Assembly (NCBI GenBank): GCA_030390025.1
Contig: CM059431.1
Span: 96,970,001 to 97,034,000, forward strand
Length of the DNA: 64,000 nucleotides
Reading direction: 5' to 3'
DNA from: Squalus acanthias
Lineage: Eukaryota
Below the pieces are notes generated by a model that searched no databases, was not told where the DNA came from, and was given only the letters and a program-made list of their open reading frames with translations. How positions within the stretch are numbered: the first letter of the stretch is position 1; each line of letters opens with the position of its first letter. Shown here in pieces: positions 61,301-64,000 of the stretch. The position numbers were made by a program, and so were the translations under genes.

Positions 61301-64000
61301 CAAGCATTCCGAGACACAAACCCCAACTGTTCTGGAACCCAAACACCAAGCTTTCCAGGACCCAATCACCAAGCATTCTGGAACCCAAACACCAAGTTTT
61401 CTGGGACCCAAACACCAAGCGTTCCAGGACCCAAACACCAAGCAAACTGGGATCCATACCCTAAGCATTCCGGAACCCAAACACGAATCATTCCAGGACC
61501 CAAACACCAAGCATTCCGGGACCCAAACACCTAATATTCTGGAACCCAAACACGAATCATTCCCGGACCCAAACACCAAGCGTGCTGGAACCCAAACACG
61601 AAGCATTCCAGGATCCAAACCCCAAGCGTTCCTGGACTCAAACACCAAGCAAACAGGGAGCCAAACACCAAGCGTTCCAGGATGCGAACCCCAAGCATTC
61701 CAGGACCCAAGCACCAAGCGTTCCAGGACGCAAACACCAAGCGTTCCAGGACCCAAACACCAAGCAAACTGGGCCACAAACACCAAACGTTCTGGAACCC
61801 AAACACCACGTGTTCCAACATAAACAACAAGCATTCTGGGACCCAAACACCAAGTGCTCTGGGACCCAAACACCAAGCATTTCAGGACCCAAACACGAAG
61901 CGTTCTGGAACCCAAACACCAAACATTGCAGGACCCAAACACCAAGTGCTCCAGGACCCAAACACCAAGTGTTCTGGAACCCAAACACCAAGCGTTATGG
62001 AACCCAAACACGAAGCATTCTGGAACCCAAACAACAAGCGTTCCAGGACCCAAACACCAAGTGTTCTGGAACCCAAACACCAAGTGTTCCAGGACCCAAA
62101 CACCAAGCGTTCCAGGACCCAAACACCAAGCGTTCCAGGAACCAAACCCCAACTGTTCTGGAACCCAAACACCAAGCATTCCAGGACCCAAACACCAAGC
62201 ATTCCAGGAACCAAACCCCAACATTTCTGGGACCCAAACTCCAAATGTTCCAGGACCCCAACCCCAAGAGTTTGAGGACCTAAACACCAAGCGTTCCAGG
62301 ACCCAAACACCAGGCGTTCTGGAACCCAAACACCAAAAGTTCCAGATTCCAAACACCAAGCATTCTGGAACCCAAACACCAAGCTTTCCGGGACCCAAAC
62401 ACCAAGCGTTCCAGGACCCAAACACCAACTGTTCTGGAACCCAAACACCAAGCTTTCCAGGACCCAAACACCAACTGTTCTGGAACCCAAATACCAAGCG
62501 ATCCAGGACCCAAACACCAAGCGTTCTGGAACCCAAACACCAAGCGTTCCAGGACCCAAGCACCAAGTGTTCCAGGACCCAAACACCAAGCATTCCAGGA
62601 CCCAATCACCAAGCATTCCAGGACGCAAACCCCAAGCGTTCCAGGACCCAAACACCAAGCATTCTAGGACCCAATCACCAAGCAAACTGGGCCCCAAACA
62701 CCAAGTGTTCCAAGACCCAAACACCAAGCGTTCCAGAACCCAAACACTAAGTGTTCTGGAACCCAAACACTAAGCGTTATGGTACCCAAACATCAAGCAT
62801 TCCAGGACCCAATACCGAAGCATTCCGGAATCCAAATACCAAGCGACCCAGGACCCAAACACCAAGCATTCCAAGACCCAATCACCAAGCATTCTGGAAC
62901 CCAAACACCAAGTTTTCTGGGACCCAAACACCAAGCGTTCCAGGACCCAAACACCAAGCAAACTGGGATCCATACCCCAAGCATTCCGGAACCCAAACAC
63001 AAAATGTTCCAGGACCCAAACACCAAGCATTCCAGGACACAAACCCCAATTGTTCTGGAACCGAAACACCTAGCTTTCCAGGACCCAAACACCTAACGTT
63101 CTGGAACACAAACATGAAGCATTCCAGGACCCAAACACCAAGCGTTCTGGAACCCAAACACCAAGCGTTCCAGGACCCAAACACCAAGCATACCGGAACC
63201 CAAACACCAAGCATTCCGGGACCCAAACACCTAACATTCTGGAACCCAAACACGAATCATTCCCGGACCCAAACACCAAGCGTGCTGGAACCCAAACACC
63301 AAGCATTCCAGGACCCAAACACCTAACGTTCTGGAACCCAAACACGAAGCATTCCAGGATCCAAACCCCAAGCGTTCCAGGACTCAACCACCAAGCAAAC
63401 AGGGAGCCAAACACCAAGTGTTCCAGGACGCAAACCCCAAGCGTTCCAGGACCCAAACACCAAGCATTCCAGGACCCAATCACCAAATGTTCCAGGACGC
63501 AAACCCCAAGCGTTCCAGGACCCAAATTCCAAGCATTCTAGGACCCAAACACCACGCAAACTGGGCCCCAAACACCAAGCGTTCCAGGATCCAAACACCA
63601 AGTGTTCCAAGACCCAAACACCAAGCGTTCCAGAACCCAAACACTAAGAATTCTGGAACCCATAACACTAAGTGTTATGGAACCCAAACATCAAGCATTC
63701 CAGGACCCAAACCCCAAGCGTTCCGGAACCCAAATACCAAGCGATCCAGGACCCAAACACTAAGCGTTCTGGAACACAAACACGAAGTGTTATGGAACCC
63801 AAACATCAAGCATTCCGGGACCCAAACCCCAAGCGTTCTGGAACCCAAATACCAAGCGATCCAGGACCCAAACCTTAACCATACTGGGACCCAAACACAA
63901 AGTGTTCTGGGAGCCAAACCCCAAATGTTCCACGACCCAAACAACAAGCGTTCCGGGACTCAAACACCAAGAGTTCCAGGACCCAAACCCAAAATGTGCT
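58340..64000. repeat. 23-bp satellite array running off the window end
   Basis: Consensus GGACCCAAACACCAAGCGTTCCA; one additional unit lies left of the Harbinger at about 56650-56680. Confidence 0.97.

Noticed and set aside
58274..63947. Many long ORFs in the terminal array, and a superficial CRISPR-like regularity
   Set aside because: These are translations of a 23-bp satellite. There are no unique spacers or cas genes, and the context is vertebrate.

Overview
Vertebrate genomic DNA, most likely a cartilaginous fish (shark/ray), inferred from an HE1-like V-SINE, a Deu-type SINE fragment and abundant CR1 LINEs. The only clear host gene is an intronless SoxB1 HMG-box gene, best matching Sox1 (44225-45229, minus strand). 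It sits in a roughly 15-kb CpG-rich block with no recognisable LINEs, and a 48-bp tandem array lies in its probable 5' leader. The first ~36 kb is a stack of nested transposons: (1) an apparently coding-intact PIF/Harbinger element with a DDE transposase and a convergent spliced second gene; (2) CR1, L2 and related LINEs inserted into one another with readable target-site duplications (TSDs); (3) Harbinger-type non-autonomous elements; (4) two Penelope-type inverted insertions, one carrying minimal hammerhead-ribozyme motifs in both arms and one forming a perfect 55-bp hairpin. Many minisatellites are present, and the window ends in a 23-bp satellite with higher-order structure. I found no convincing wholly new system. 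The best leads are the Penelope hairpin/hammerhead insertions, the potentially active Harbinger, and the motif-bearing tandem arrays near Sox1. All calls were made by eye, without database searches.
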